In this document: positions 37,409-47,179 of the stretch, one piece after another | Position numbering within the stretch: position 1 is the stretch's first letter | How the letters are laid out: each line of letters opens with the position of its first letter | Source of the DNA: Candidatus Kapaibacterium sp. | Lineage (GTDB): Bacteria; Bacteroidota; Ignavibacteria; Kapaibacteriales; UBA2268 | Direction of reading: 5' to 3' | DNA length: 64,000 nucleotides | NCBI GenBank assembly: GCA_963664875.1 | Contig: OY761611.1 | Coordinates: 832,001 to 896,000, forward strand | Program-made: the position numbers and the translations under genes | The notes under the pieces: generated by a model | Told to the model about the DNA's origin: nothing | The model's input: the letters and a program-made list of their open reading frames with translations, nothing else | Databases searched by the model: none

Positions 37409-40400
37409 ATGTTCCATGATTTGATAAGCAAAATCAAATCTCTAAATAAAGTTAACGAAATCAACTCGATTATCAGCCAAGGCAACAACTTAGATATTAA
37501 ACTAAATGCCAACTCTTCTACTGCTTTTTTCGTAAGTGCTCTCAGAGAACTTACGAATAAGCAGTTTTTTGTCATAACTCAAAATTACGACTCTGCCGAA
37601 AGATGGTATAATGATTTGAAATTATCCATGCCGGATGAAAATATAGCTTTTTTATCGAAACCTAAAAAGCATATCAAATTTGAAGCAGAAGACGATGACT
37701 CACATTTTGGGTGGTTGGTTGATGGACTCAGAAAAATTTCTGAAGACAAAAAATCAATCGCTATTATTGACGAAACTATATTTGAGCTGGAAATCCCTCT
37801 TCCTGCCGAAATATCGGAAAACAAGAAAACGATTTACAAAAATCAAAATATAGATTTTGAAGATTTTGTAAAATCTAATATCCTTAATGGATTCAACAGA
37901 AAAGATTTTGTGGAGCAGGAAGGCGATATAGCAATCAGAGGCGGCATTGTAGATATATACCCCCTTGCTTGGACAAATCCTCTCAGAATTGAGTTCTGGG
38001 GCAATGACATAGAGTCCATCAGAGAGTTTGATGTGCTTTCGCAAAGAAGCATTATGGAACATAAAGAAGCCACTTATATTGCAAATGTTTTCCATAAATC
38101 CAACTTAAACAAAACTTGTTCGATTTTAGAATATATCTCTCAAAACAATCTAATAATAATTGATGGCAAAAACTCTTTAAGCATTGATATTGATTCAATT
38201 TTTTCGACAAGACAAACTCTTAGTATTTCATATTTGGGTGCGACAGATTACTCATTTACAACGAAATCACAACCACCTTTTAACAGCTCTGTAAAATCTA
38301 TTTGCCTAAACCTAAGAGAATACTCTCTTCTTGGGTATGATTTGTTTTTGTCCGCAGATGGTTTTAATGCTCTCAACAGATTGCAGGATTTGATAACTAA
38401 TTTCCTTGAAAATGATTCTTCAACTGATTCTGCATTAGACGATCCATTAGTAACTTTGAATAAAATACACTGGAGCGACACAACTCCTGCTTATGGTTTT
38501 GTCTCAGATGATTTTAAATTGGTTTGCTATACAGAACACCAACTTTTTGAGCGCTTAAGAGCTAAATCTACTCAAAGAAACAAACAAAAAGGAATCACAT
38601 TAAAGGAACTGAAGCAACTCAATCCGGGTGATTATGTAGTTCACGAAGATAAAGGTGTTGCAAAATTTCAGGGGTTTGAAAATGTCAAATTAGGTGATTC
38701 TCTTCAGGATTGTGCTAAGCTGATGTTCGCCGGAAATGACATTTTATATGTGCATCTCAATTATATCAACAAAATACAAAAATACTCAGCCGGCGAAGGA
38801 CATATGCCAATTTTATCCAAACTTGGCGGCACTGAGTGGTTGAGAAAAAAGCAAAGAACAAAAAGCAAATTAAAGGACATAGCACGAGATTTGATAAAAC
38901 TCTATGCAGAAAGAAAAATGCAGCCCGGTTTTGCGTTTGATGCTGACAATGTATGGCAAAAAGAATTTGAAGCTTCGTTTATGTATGAAGATACACCTGA
39001 TCAGGCTTCTGCCACCGACGAGTTCAAGAGAGATATGGAAAGCTCTACCCCAATGGATAGACTTGTTTGTGGTGACGTTGGATTTGGTAAAACAGAGATA
39101 GCAATCAGAGCTGCTTTTAAAGCTGTGCAGAGCGGTAAGCAGGTCGCCGTACTTGTACCTACTACAATATTAGCTCAGCAGCATTATATGACCTTTATGG
39201 ACAGACTCAACAGATACCCTGTCAATCTTGATGTAATCTCACGTTTCAGAAGCAAGAAAGAGCAAACTGAAATATTAGAAAAACTGAATATGGGCGGTGT
39301 CGATATTCTGATTGGTACACATAGATTGCTATCTAAAGATATTAACTTTAAAAATCTCGGATTAATTGTAATCGACGAAGAGCATAGATTTGGCGTTTCA
39401 GCTAAAGAAAAACTCAGACAATTAAAGGCTACAATAGATACTTTAACTCTGACAGCAACGCCTATCCCCCGCACCTTGAATTTTTCGCTAATGGGTGCGA
39501 GAGATTTGAGCATTATCGAAACACCTCCAAGAAACAGAATTCCGGTGGATACTCAAATCATCGAGTGGGACAATGAGCTAATCAAATCTGCTATTCTTAA
39601 AGAATTGGCAAGAGGCGGGCAAGTATTTTTTGTAAATGACAAAGTGCAAGACCTAGAAAAGCTAATGCTTGATCTCAAGATGATACTCCCTGAAATTAAG
39701 ATAGCTATGGCACATGGTCAGATGAAAACCAGCGAACTCGAATCAGTAATGCAGAAGTTTATTTCAGGAAAGTTCGAAGTTTTGCTTGCAACTAAGATAA
39801 TCGAATCAGGTATCGACATACCTAATGCAAATACTATGCTTATCAACAAAGCACAAAACTTTGGTCTTGCAGAGCTTTATCAGCTCAGAGGTAGAGTCGG
39901 CCGAGCTAATAAGCAGGCATACTGCTATCTCATAATCCCGGAAATGAAGAAACTACCTCAAAAAGCTTTGCAAAGATTGCAGGCTATAGAAGAGTTTACA
40001 GACTTGGGCAGTGGGTTCAAACTTGCCATGAAAGATATGGAAATTCGCGGAGCCGGTAACCTTTTGGGTGCTGAGCAGAGTGGATTTATCATTGATATGG
40101 GGTTTGAATTATTCCATAAAATATTAGATGAAGCTGTCACTGAACTTAAAGAGCAGGAATTCAAAGACTTCTTCTCAAATGGATTAGACACTTCGCAAGC
40201 AGATTTTCTGAATAATGATATAGCAATTGAGCTCAATACAGATGCTTTACTACCGGAGACTTATGTAAAAAGAGATACGGACAGGTTTGAGCTTTATAAG
40301 AAAATGTACTCTCTCAAATCTTATTCAGACTTGGAACTGCTTGCTCAGGAATTAGAAGATAAATACGGCAAGCTACCGGTTGAAGCCAAAGAACTACTTT

Positions 40401-40678
40401 TTGCTGTTAAAGTAAGAATAGTTGCTCAATTTACGGGATTCTCCAGAATTATTTTCAAACCTACAAGAATTATATGCGAGTTTCCTACTCAAAGTGACGA
40501 GAATTTTTATAATTTTGCATTCCCACTCATTATGGATTTTGTACAAGACCATAGCGGAGCTAATCTTAGACAGACTCCCAACAAGCTGTTTTTGGAATTT
40601 GATATAAAGAACAGAGAGCAGGCTATTGAAATTTTGTGGAAGATTAAACGTATTTTGGAATTTGCAGAAACGGAGTAA
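37409..40678 (+). CDS. mfd: Transcription-repair coupling factor
   Basis: RGGIVD, GDYVVH, MDRLVCGDVGFGKTE, DEEHRFG, TATPIPRT, QLRGRVGR, EIRGAGNLLG. Confidence 0.97.
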   Translation: MFHDLISKIKSLNKVNEINSIISQGNNLDIKLNANSSTAFFVSALRELTNKQFFVITQNYDSAERWYNDLKLSMPDENIAFLSKPKKHIKFEAEDDDSHFGWLVDGLRKISEDKKSIAIIDETIFELEIPLPAEISENKKTIYKNQNIDFEDFVKSNILNGFNRKDFVEQEGDIAIRGGIVDIYPLAWTNPLRIEFWGNDIESIREFDVLSQRSIMEHKEATYIANVFHKSNLNKTCSILEYISQNNLIIIDGKNSLSIDIDSIFSTRQTLSISYLGATDYSFTTKSQPPFNSSVKSICLNLREYSLLGYDLFLSADGFNALNRLQDLITNFLENDSSTDSALDDPLVTLNKIHWSDTTPAYGFVSDDFKLVCYTEHQLFERLRAKSTQRNKQKGITLKELKQLNPGDYVVHEDKGVAKFQGFENVKLGDSLQDCAKLMFAGNDILYVHLNYINKIQKYSAGEGHMPILSKLGGTEWLRKKQRTKSKLKDIARDLIKLYAERKMQPGFAFDADNVWQKEFEASFMYEDTPDQASATDEFKRDMESSTPMDRLVCGDVGFGKTEIAIRAAFKAVQSGKQVAVLVPTTILAQQHYMTFMDRLNRYPVNLDVISRFRSKKEQTEILEKLNMGGVDILIGTHRLLSKDINFKNLGLIVIDEEHRFGVSAKEKLRQLKATIDTLTLTATPIPRTLNFSLMGARDLSIIETPPRNRIPVDTQIIEWDNELIKSAILKELARGGQVFFVNDKVQDLEKLMLDLKMILPEIKIAMAHGQMKTSELESVMQKFISGKFEVLLATKIIESGIDIPNANTMLINKAQNFGLAELYQLRGRVGRANKQAYCYLIIPEMKKLPQKALQRLQAIEEFTDLGSGFKLAMKDMEIRGAGNLLGAEQSGFIIDMGFELFHKILDEAVTELKEQEFKDFFSNGLDTSQADFLNNDIAIELNTDALLPETYVKRDTDRFELYKKMYSLKSYSDLELLAQELEDKYGKLPVEAKELLFAVKVRIVAQFTGFSRIIFKPTRIICEFPTQSDENFYNFAFPLIMDFVQDHSGANLRQTPNKLFLEFDIKNREQAIEILWKIKRILEFAETE

Positions 40679-40683
40679 AAATC

Positions 40684-41349
40684 ATGAAAAAAGAATATAT
40701 ATTATCAATCGAAACAAGCGGCAATCTATTAGGATTAGGCTTATCTACTCCGGATAAACATATTGCAAAAATAGAATTTTATATGCCAAACCTCCATGAC
40801 AGGCTACTTGCACAAACGGTAAGATCTATGCTTACTGACCTTTTGCTATCATTTGATGATATTAAGGCAGTTGCGGTCTCTGCAGGTCCGGGTTCGTTCA
40901 CAGGTCTCAGAATAGGATTAGCATTTGCGAAAGCTTTATGCTTCGACGGCAGAATTAAATTTATTCCGGTTCCTGTTTTAGATGCCTTTGCTAAGACTGC
41001 ATCTTCTTATTCAAACATGTTAAGTGCCGAAAAAATAATAGCAACCGTGCCTTCTCACAAAGACTTATTGTATTATTGTGAGTATGATAATACAGGTAAT
41101 GCTCAAGGCGAGATAATAATGTCTAACCTTGCAGACTTCCGAAGTTTAAACTTTGATAACACTATGTTGGTAGGTGACTTTTTAGAATTCGAATCAACTT
41201 ACAAAACAATCAGAAGTATAAACTCTTTGAATATAAGCAACATTATGGATTACGCTCAAATGAACTATATGAATGGTTTATTTTCTGATGCTTCAGACTT
41301 TACTCCTATTTATGTGCAGGAATTTATTCCTAAAGGATACAAACAATAA
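40684..41349 (+). CDS. tsaB: tRNA threonylcarbamoyladenosine biosynthesis protein TsaB
   Basis: ILSIETS, GPGSFTGLRIG, C-terminal PIY. Confidence 0.92.
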   Translation: MKKEYILSIETSGNLLGLGLSTPDKHIAKIEFYMPNLHDRLLAQTVRSMLTDLLLSFDDIKAVAVSAGPGSFTGLRIGLAFAKALCFDGRIKFIPVPVLDAFAKTASSYSNMLSAEKIIATVPSHKDLLYYCEYDNTGNAQGEIIMSNLADFRSLNFDNTMLVGDFLEFESTYKTIRSINSLNISNIMDYAQMNYMNGLFSDASDFTPIYVQEFIPKGYKQ

Positions 41350-41445
41350 TATTTTACATTCCAATAAAATATTTATTATGGTATTATAATATTTCTTTAT
41401 TATATTAGCACCATGTTCGACTTACTAATTTCAAGGTGTTATTTT

Positions 41446-42471
41446 ATGAAGAAATACAATCTTCTATTACTTCTTACTTTCATATTTGCATCCGGCTTTC
41501 AGTTGTTTGCTGCTGAGTCAGACAATATCGAAATAAGTAAAAACTTTACTTTAATGACCTCAAAACAAATGCAGGGTTACTTCAAGCCATTATTTACAAC
41601 AATTGAGCAAGGTTTAAACTCAAATTTGTTTACTCATGCAACTTATGAGAAAAAATGGTCGATTGCTTTTAATATCAGTGGCGGATTTAACTTTATTCCC
41701 GGCTCTCAAGACACTTACACTGCAGAATTGCCGGCTGCATTTGCCGATGAATCTAAGGTATTGACTTCTACTCCTGACGGTACCAGACACGTTTATGGCA
41801 CAATAGAACAGCCAACTGTTTTCGGCGGCAGTTCGACAACTGTATTTGCAACTCCGCAAAACTATAACTATCCTGATTCGATGAATAAAAGTTTGTCTTT
41901 TGTAGAAGGGAACGACATTGGAACGATGCTTAACATGCCTGCGGCTCAGTTTATCATAGGTTTCCCTACTCAAACGCAATTAAGAGTAAGATTCTTTTCT
42001 CTTCCACTCCAAGAAGTCTCTATGACTTATTATAGCTTGATTTTGAATCAGCGTTTAGATGACTTTGTGCATCTTTTTGGTGTAGATACTACTATGGGAT
42101 TGGCACTTCATGGTGCCTACCACAGCATTTCGAGAGATCCTGGTATTGACATCAGCTCCTGGGCAGTCGGGCTTCATTATAGCAAAATGTTTGAATTTGG
42201 ATTGACTGCATATACTGCTTTACAATTTGAAGGTATGTCCGGCGAGTTTCAGGCGATAAGAACAGGCTCTGCAGCTGAAATATTAGATACACCATACGAA
42301 GAGCTTAGAAACTCGACTTTGATAAAGTTTGACGTTGAAAGTTTCAATAGTGCAAGATTTTTATTAGGTGCAACCTATAAATTAGGATTTTTAGAATTAA
42401 ATACTGATTTTGCAATCGCTTCTCAACCAACATGGAATTTCGGTTTCACGTTTTGGTTTGGTCAGTGGTAA
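41446..42471 (+). CDS. Predicted outer-membrane protein (DUF6588-like)
   Basis: Signal peptide; YFKPL...GLN, PTVFG, C-terminal amphipathic strands ending FGFTFWFGQW; family recalled, not searched. Confidence 0.6.
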   Translation: MKKYNLLLLLTFIFASGFQLFAAESDNIEISKNFTLMTSKQMQGYFKPLFTTIEQGLNSNLFTHATYEKKWSIAFNISGGFNFIPGSQDTYTAELPAAFADESKVLTSTPDGTRHVYGTIEQPTVFGGSSTTVFATPQNYNYPDSMNKSLSFVEGNDIGTMLNMPAAQFIIGFPTQTQLRVRFFSLPLQEVSMTYYSLILNQRLDDFVHLFGVDTTMGLALHGAYHSISRDPGIDISSWAVGLHYSKMFEFGLTAYTALQFEGMSGEFQAIRTGSAAEILDTPYEELRNSTLIKFDVESFNSARFLLGATYKLGFLELNTDFAIASQPTWNFGFTFWFGQW

Positions 42472-42492
42472 ATAATATAACAGGAGAATAAG

Positions 42493-43113
42493 ATGAAAAA
42501 AATATACACCGCAATTGCAGTAGTTATGGCAATGTTTGCTCTTTGGGCATGTGGATCTGTTGACTCTTTAGAAACATTTACGTTTCAATATACTGTAAAT
42601 TTCGAAGACGAAAGATTTAATGAATGGGTACCGAGTATCTCTTATGATGTAACTAATCTAAACGACTATGAAGAATACCGCGACAACAAAGATAAAATAA
42701 AAAAGTCTGAAATTTTGCATTTCAATTTTTGGATTGACTCACTTGTTTATGACAAAAATGGATCAAAAGTAGTTTTTGATCCTACCAAAAACATAGATAA
42801 TAAAGCAATCTCATTTGAATACGTCAAATTTTCTATTACATTTGACAACCTAGAATACTTCGAATTAGCAACATTCGAAAATGTAGATATCAGAGAATAT
42901 TACAGAAATCCTTTCCATATTGACGAAATCCCAGTAGCTACCAGAGAAAAAGTAATGGAAAAGCTTAAAACTAATCCAATTTTTTCTACTCGCTCGGAGT
43001 ACAGCATCATCCATATCGAAAATTCTTCTGTAGGATCAGAAAATGATTCTATAAGAGTGCCTTATTTCAAATACAAAACAGATCTTGTTCTTAGATTTGA
43101 AGTAGAATTATAG
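42493..43113 (+). CDS. Hypothetical lipoprotein
   Basis: AGGAG RBS; lipobox LWA-C; co-oriented with the upstream barrel gene. Confidence 0.75.
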   Translation: MKKIYTAIAVVMAMFALWACGSVDSLETFTFQYTVNFEDERFNEWVPSISYDVTNLNDYEEYRDNKDKIKKSEILHFNFWIDSLVYDKNGSKVVFDPTKNIDNKAISFEYVKFSITFDNLEYFELATFENVDIREYYRNPFHIDEIPVATREKVMEKLKTNPIFSTRSEYSIIHIENSSVGSENDSIRVPYFKYKTDLVLRFEVEL

Positions 43114-43144
43114 ACCACATTTTTTTGATGAAACAAGATAATTT

Positions 43145-43182
43145 AAACCGATGTTAGAGATTTATCAAAACATCGGTTTTTT
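43145..43182. terminator. Terminator between convergent genes
   Basis: AAACCGATGTT ... AACATCGGTTT-TTT. Confidence 0.7.
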
Positions 43183-43990
43183 ATTTTAGTTTCTTGACTT
43201 TGATCGCAATATTATAAGCTAAACAGCCATAAGATATTGCATAATCTGCATGACCTAATGCTTTAAAAGGCAAGTTAAACAAGTGATGCAGCTTACCTTT
43301 CAATGTAATACCGGACAGAACATCCATATTTAAAGCTATCGGCTCTAACAGTAATCCGGAGCGTTTTATGCGAACTATTTGATAATTACTGCCAAAGTCT
43401 GATTTATTCAACATTTCTTTAAGTTCAGCAAGATTGTAATGAAAGTGCTTTTCTTTATGTACCGGATTAAAAGTGCTCGGCAATTTACCTTCTTTTATAA
43501 GTCTAATTACTTTGTATAAAGATTTATACAGAGGTGATAAATATTTTTGAAGGTAATAACCGTAGTTATAAGGATCTAAAAAGCCAAATAAACTTTTGTG
43601 CGGGGTGCTAATAATTATCTCCCCCCCGGGTTTTAGCACTCTGTAAAGCTCAGAAAGTGATTTTACTTTGTCTTGAGTATGCTCCAAAACGTCAGTAAAT
43701 ACAATACTATCGAAGAAGTTATCTTCAAAACTCAGATTTTCTAAATAGTCCACTCTAAAGTCATGTTGAGGATAAAGAATTTTTGCCTGCTCAATATGCT
43801 CATTATTTATATCAATTCCGTATGTTTCATTCGATTTTTTTGCATAATGACAAGTCATATAGCCATAGCTGCAACCGGCATCCAAAATTCGATTGTTATT
43901 GTCATTTAACCACTCGAAGGCAAGTTTTGATCTGCCTTGCAATTTGTGTTCGACGAATACACTTTTTTTGTTTATCTTAGACTGAACCAT
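43181..43990 (-). CDS. Class I SAM-dependent methyltransferase
   Basis: ILDAGCSYG, GIDIN, DVLEH, RVLKPGG..STP; likely start ATG 43990. Confidence 0.88.
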   Translation of the reverse strand: MVQSKINKKSVFVEHKLQGRSKLAFEWLNDNNNRILDAGCSYGYMTCHYAKKSNETYGIDINNEHIEQAKILYPQHDFRVDYLENLSFEDNFFDSIVFTDVLEHTQDKVKSLSELYRVLKPGGEIIISTPHKSLFGFLDPYNYGYYLQKYLSPLYKSLYKVIRLIKEGKLPSTFNPVHKEKHFHYNLAELKEMLNKSDFGSNYQIVRIKRSGLLLEPIALNMDVLSGITLKGKLHHLFNLPFKALGHADYAISYGCLAYNIAIKVKKLK

Positions 43991-44054
43991 AATGTTCCAA
44001 AGTGATATAATATATTGCGACAAAAATACTATTTTTCTATGAAACATTGACACT

Positions 44055-45497
44055 ATGCTTACATTTTTATTTATCTTAGCCTTCTTCTCATATTTCACAA
44101 ACTCATGGCAGCTTTTTTCCGTAGCGGGTTACGGAGTGCCCTCTGTAGATATAGCACTGCTATTTATATACATTTATTTTATAAAAGAAATTGCCTGGAA
44201 TGGTACACCTTTAAAAATAAGATTGAATGCAGCAGTAGTTTTTTACTCTATTTTTATCATTGGTGTCATTATTTCCGGTTTTGGAGTGTTGTTGTCAAAT
44301 AATCCCATGATGATGACTCAGTTTATTAAGACTACACTTCATTTTCTTTTTCTTGCGTTTATAGCGTTCGTCAGTTTTTCTTATAAAATCGAAATGTCGT
44401 TATGGACAAAAGTCCTAAGGGCATGGCTCATTGCGTCAGTGTTTATAAACGTTTTTGGAGTCTATCAGATAGTTGCAAGAGCATTTGATTTGCCTTTTGC
44501 ATGGTTAGAGTATAACAACCTTAATATGCTTGGAAGAGGCAATTTATCAAGCATAGATGAAGTTTCTCAACTTAGTTTGAGATTTCAAAACTTTTACAGA
44601 GCAACATCTGTACTTCCCGAACCTTCAGCTCTCGCAGCTTTTAATGTGCTGATTCAGATTTTTATTATCGTCCCCTTTATGCAAAGAAGCAAACCATTTT
44701 TCAAATCAAAATTACTAACAGCAACTATATTCATCAGCTCTCTTATTGCTCTATTTCTTACATTCTCTTTGACAGGTGTACTTGGTTTGTTTTTGGTACT
44801 CGGATCTATATTTATATTTGAGAAAAGAATAAAGCTCAAGGCAGTACTGTCGATACTAACAGTGTCGGTAGTGCTTATTGTCATCACCGATTCCATTGTA
44901 GAATCTTATTCTGATATAAGCGTACTCAAATTATTTGGCAACCGTGTAACAGCTATTGTTTCCGAACGCGAAGGCAGAAAAGGCGGTATGTCAGGAGAAT
45001 CTTTCGGTACCAGAGTTGAATCCGCAGAGCAGAGTTTAGATATATGGTATAGACATCCATTGCTGGGTATCGGTATGGGATTAACTGATTTCGATAAGGA
45101 AGCTGAGATAGGGTTTGCAGATTTCGGCATTCTATCAGCATTTTCTGAGACAGGAATCGTTGGAGGCATATCCTTTTTAGGTCTTTTTGTAAGTTTTTTT
45201 ATTATATCATTCAAACTTATGAAATATCGACTGATAAATCATTTAGATGATGACGAAGACAGGTTATACGGATTAGCTTATTATGTAGTACTCCAACTTT
45301 TTCTTATAAATTTTATTGTAAGCAATAATATCGTAAATATGGCTCTCTGGTTGCCGGCAGCAATGATTTTTTCCATATTCAACAGCTACGGCGAAAAAAC
45401 CGATAATAAAGCATATATTATTCCGTGTTTAAAATCATCTATGAAGCTATCGATATTCTCATATTTAAATCGGGCATTAGTATCCAAAAATAAATAA
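44055..45497 (+). CDS. O-antigen ligase/polymerase (Wzy/WaaL-like) membrane protein
   Basis: More than 10 TM segments; RATSVLPEPS, TFSLTG, S..TR...W..HPLLGIG, SETGIVG. Confidence 0.78.
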   Translation: MLTFLFILAFFSYFTNSWQLFSVAGYGVPSVDIALLFIYIYFIKEIAWNGTPLKIRLNAAVVFYSIFIIGVIISGFGVLLSNNPMMMTQFIKTTLHFLFLAFIAFVSFSYKIEMSLWTKVLRAWLIASVFINVFGVYQIVARAFDLPFAWLEYNNLNMLGRGNLSSIDEVSQLSLRFQNFYRATSVLPEPSALAAFNVLIQIFIIVPFMQRSKPFFKSKLLTATIFISSLIALFLTFSLTGVLGLFLVLGSIFIFEKRIKLKAVLSILTVSVVLIVITDSIVESYSDISVLKLFGNRVTAIVSEREGRKGGMSGESFGTRVESAEQSLDIWYRHPLLGIGMGLTDFDKEAEIGFADFGILSAFSETGIVGGISFLGLFVSFFIISFKLMKYRLINHLDDDEDRLYGLAYYVVLQLFLINFIVSNNIVNMALWLPAAMIFSIFNSYGEKTDNKAYIIPCLKSSMKLSIFSYLNRALVSKNK

Positions 45498-45511
45498 TAA
45501 AGATAATAGTT

Positions 45512-46291
45512 ATGGCAGATCTTTTTGCAACGTATAGTAAAAACATTACAACAATATTTTCTATCGGAGTCGAAGTACTGAATGGCTCAAGAGCTTTAAA
45601 AAATATTAGTTTAGACCTGAAATTGCTCGCAATCAATGGCATAGTTCAGGCAGCAAAAATTGGAACAAATCAAGGTCAATCTTTGATTACTCTTTCCGGA
45701 TTTTTGTCAGATTTACCTGTGCAGATTGCTCCTGAGCTAAAGGAACTTGAAGATATTTCAAGCAATCTCGCTGCCGAAATAACTTTGTCTTCGATTTATG
45801 TAAAGAAATTTCTACAATATACTATAACGCTTTCTAAGTATATTGATAACATACTGAAACCTCTTAAAACAAGTTACTCAGCTTCAGATTTTAATCTTCT
45901 AAATGTTCGCGAATTAGAAAGGTTACATAGGCATGAAGTCTTTACAAGAGTTACATCTAATCAACTTCAAACTCTTAGATATTTTGCAGATAACAATATT
46001 ATTGCCCTAAAAAAAATAAACGAAATGCTTTTTGATGGGCATACATCATTTATCCGTGCTAGAACTAAAATTGATAACATCACTCGCAACGGAGTAATTG
46101 CCAATTATATGGGTTCTAATATTTTGATAGAAGCATCTTACCTTACAGATAATCAACGAAGCTTCGAAGGCTTAGTAAATAATATTAAGCTTATCATAAA
46201 CACCTTGGATTCGAGTCTCTATACCATACAGGAAATGATAATCAAAGGTGATAATACATTGACTCAGATGATAAACCTTAGAAATTCATAA
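45512..46291 (+). CDS. Cytoplasmic chemoreceptor-signalling-domain-like protein
   Basis: Two degenerate MCP hairpin-tip motifs: LKLLAINGIVQAAKIG..GQSL and NYMGSNILIEASYL..QRSF. Confidence 0.6.
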   Translation: MADLFATYSKNITTIFSIGVEVLNGSRALKNISLDLKLLAINGIVQAAKIGTNQGQSLITLSGFLSDLPVQIAPELKELEDISSNLAAEITLSSIYVKKFLQYTITLSKYIDNILKPLKTSYSASDFNLLNVRELERLHRHEVFTRVTSNQLQTLRYFADNNIIALKKINEMLFDGHTSFIRARTKIDNITRNGVIANYMGSNILIEASYLTDNQRSFEGLVNNIKLIINTLDSSLYTIQEMIIKGDNTLTQMINLRNS

Positions 46292-46305
46292 ATTCGGATT
46301 TGAAC

Positions 46306-47100
46306 ATGAAAAGTGAAATTATTTTTGAGAAAGGCGACCATAAATGGGTTGTTCTTGGCAGAGACCCTTCAAAAAAAGAACAGGTCATCGATACCAATGA
46401 ATACATCATCATCAACGAAGGACAGGCGGTTCTTTTAGATCCGGGTGGAATTGAAATCTTTCCACAAGTTTTAGCAGAGATGACACGCCATATTTCTCCT
46501 AATCAGATTAAATCTATATTTGCAAGCCATCAAGACCCGGATATTGCGTCCTCTTTAGCTTTATGGACAGATTTGTGTCCTGATGTGAAAGTTTACTGCC
46601 CGTGGATTTGGACTGGATTTTTGTCTCACTTTGGCATGGGCAATACTCTCAAATTTACACCTATCCCGGATTATGGCATGGAGATTCCAATTGGCGACAC
46701 AAGACATTCTATATATTTTGTGCCGGCTCATTACTGCCACTCTTCAGGTAATTTTGCAGTATATGACCCAATTGCTGATATTTTATTTACAGGTGATATA
46801 GGTGCGGCTCTCTTGCCTCCTGACTATCCACTTTTTGTGGAGAATTTTGAAGAGCACATCAAGTATATGGATAAATTCCATATGCGTTGGATGCCTTCTA
46901 AAATTGCTCTACAAACTTTTGTAAGAAGGGCCAGAGCAATCAATCCTAATATTATAGCACCTCAGCATGGAGCTATATTCAAAGGCGAAAATGTAAATAA
47001 GTTCTTGAATTGGTTGGATAATATTGAAGTTGGAAGATGGGATTCGGGTGAAGAAGCCGTTGACATCAACAAAACAGTCTGGATGAAATGGAAAAAATAA
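46306..47100 (+). CDS. Oxygen-binding di-iron protein (ODP; metallo-beta-lactamase fold)
   Basis: IDTNEY, LLDPGG, SHQDPD, PAHYCHS, FTGDIG, APQHG. Confidence 0.82.
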   Translation: MKSEIIFEKGDHKWVVLGRDPSKKEQVIDTNEYIIINEGQAVLLDPGGIEIFPQVLAEMTRHISPNQIKSIFASHQDPDIASSLALWTDLCPDVKVYCPWIWTGFLSHFGMGNTLKFTPIPDYGMEIPIGDTRHSIYFVPAHYCHSSGNFAVYDPIADILFTGDIGAALLPPDYPLFVENFEEHIKYMDKFHMRWMPSKIALQTFVRRARAINPNIIAPQHGAIFKGENVNKFLNWLDNIEVGRWDSGEEAVDINKTVWMKWKK

Positions 47101-47115
47101 GTTCTATTTTTTAAG

Positions 47116-47153
47116 AAAAGAGAGGCTATAATTGATTTTATGCCTCTCTTTTT
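47116..47153. terminator. Bidirectional terminator between ODP and argS
   Basis: AAAAGAGAGGC ... GCCTCTCTTTT. Confidence 0.75.
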
Positions 47154-47179
47154 GTATATATTTGAAATAATGTTTTGCT

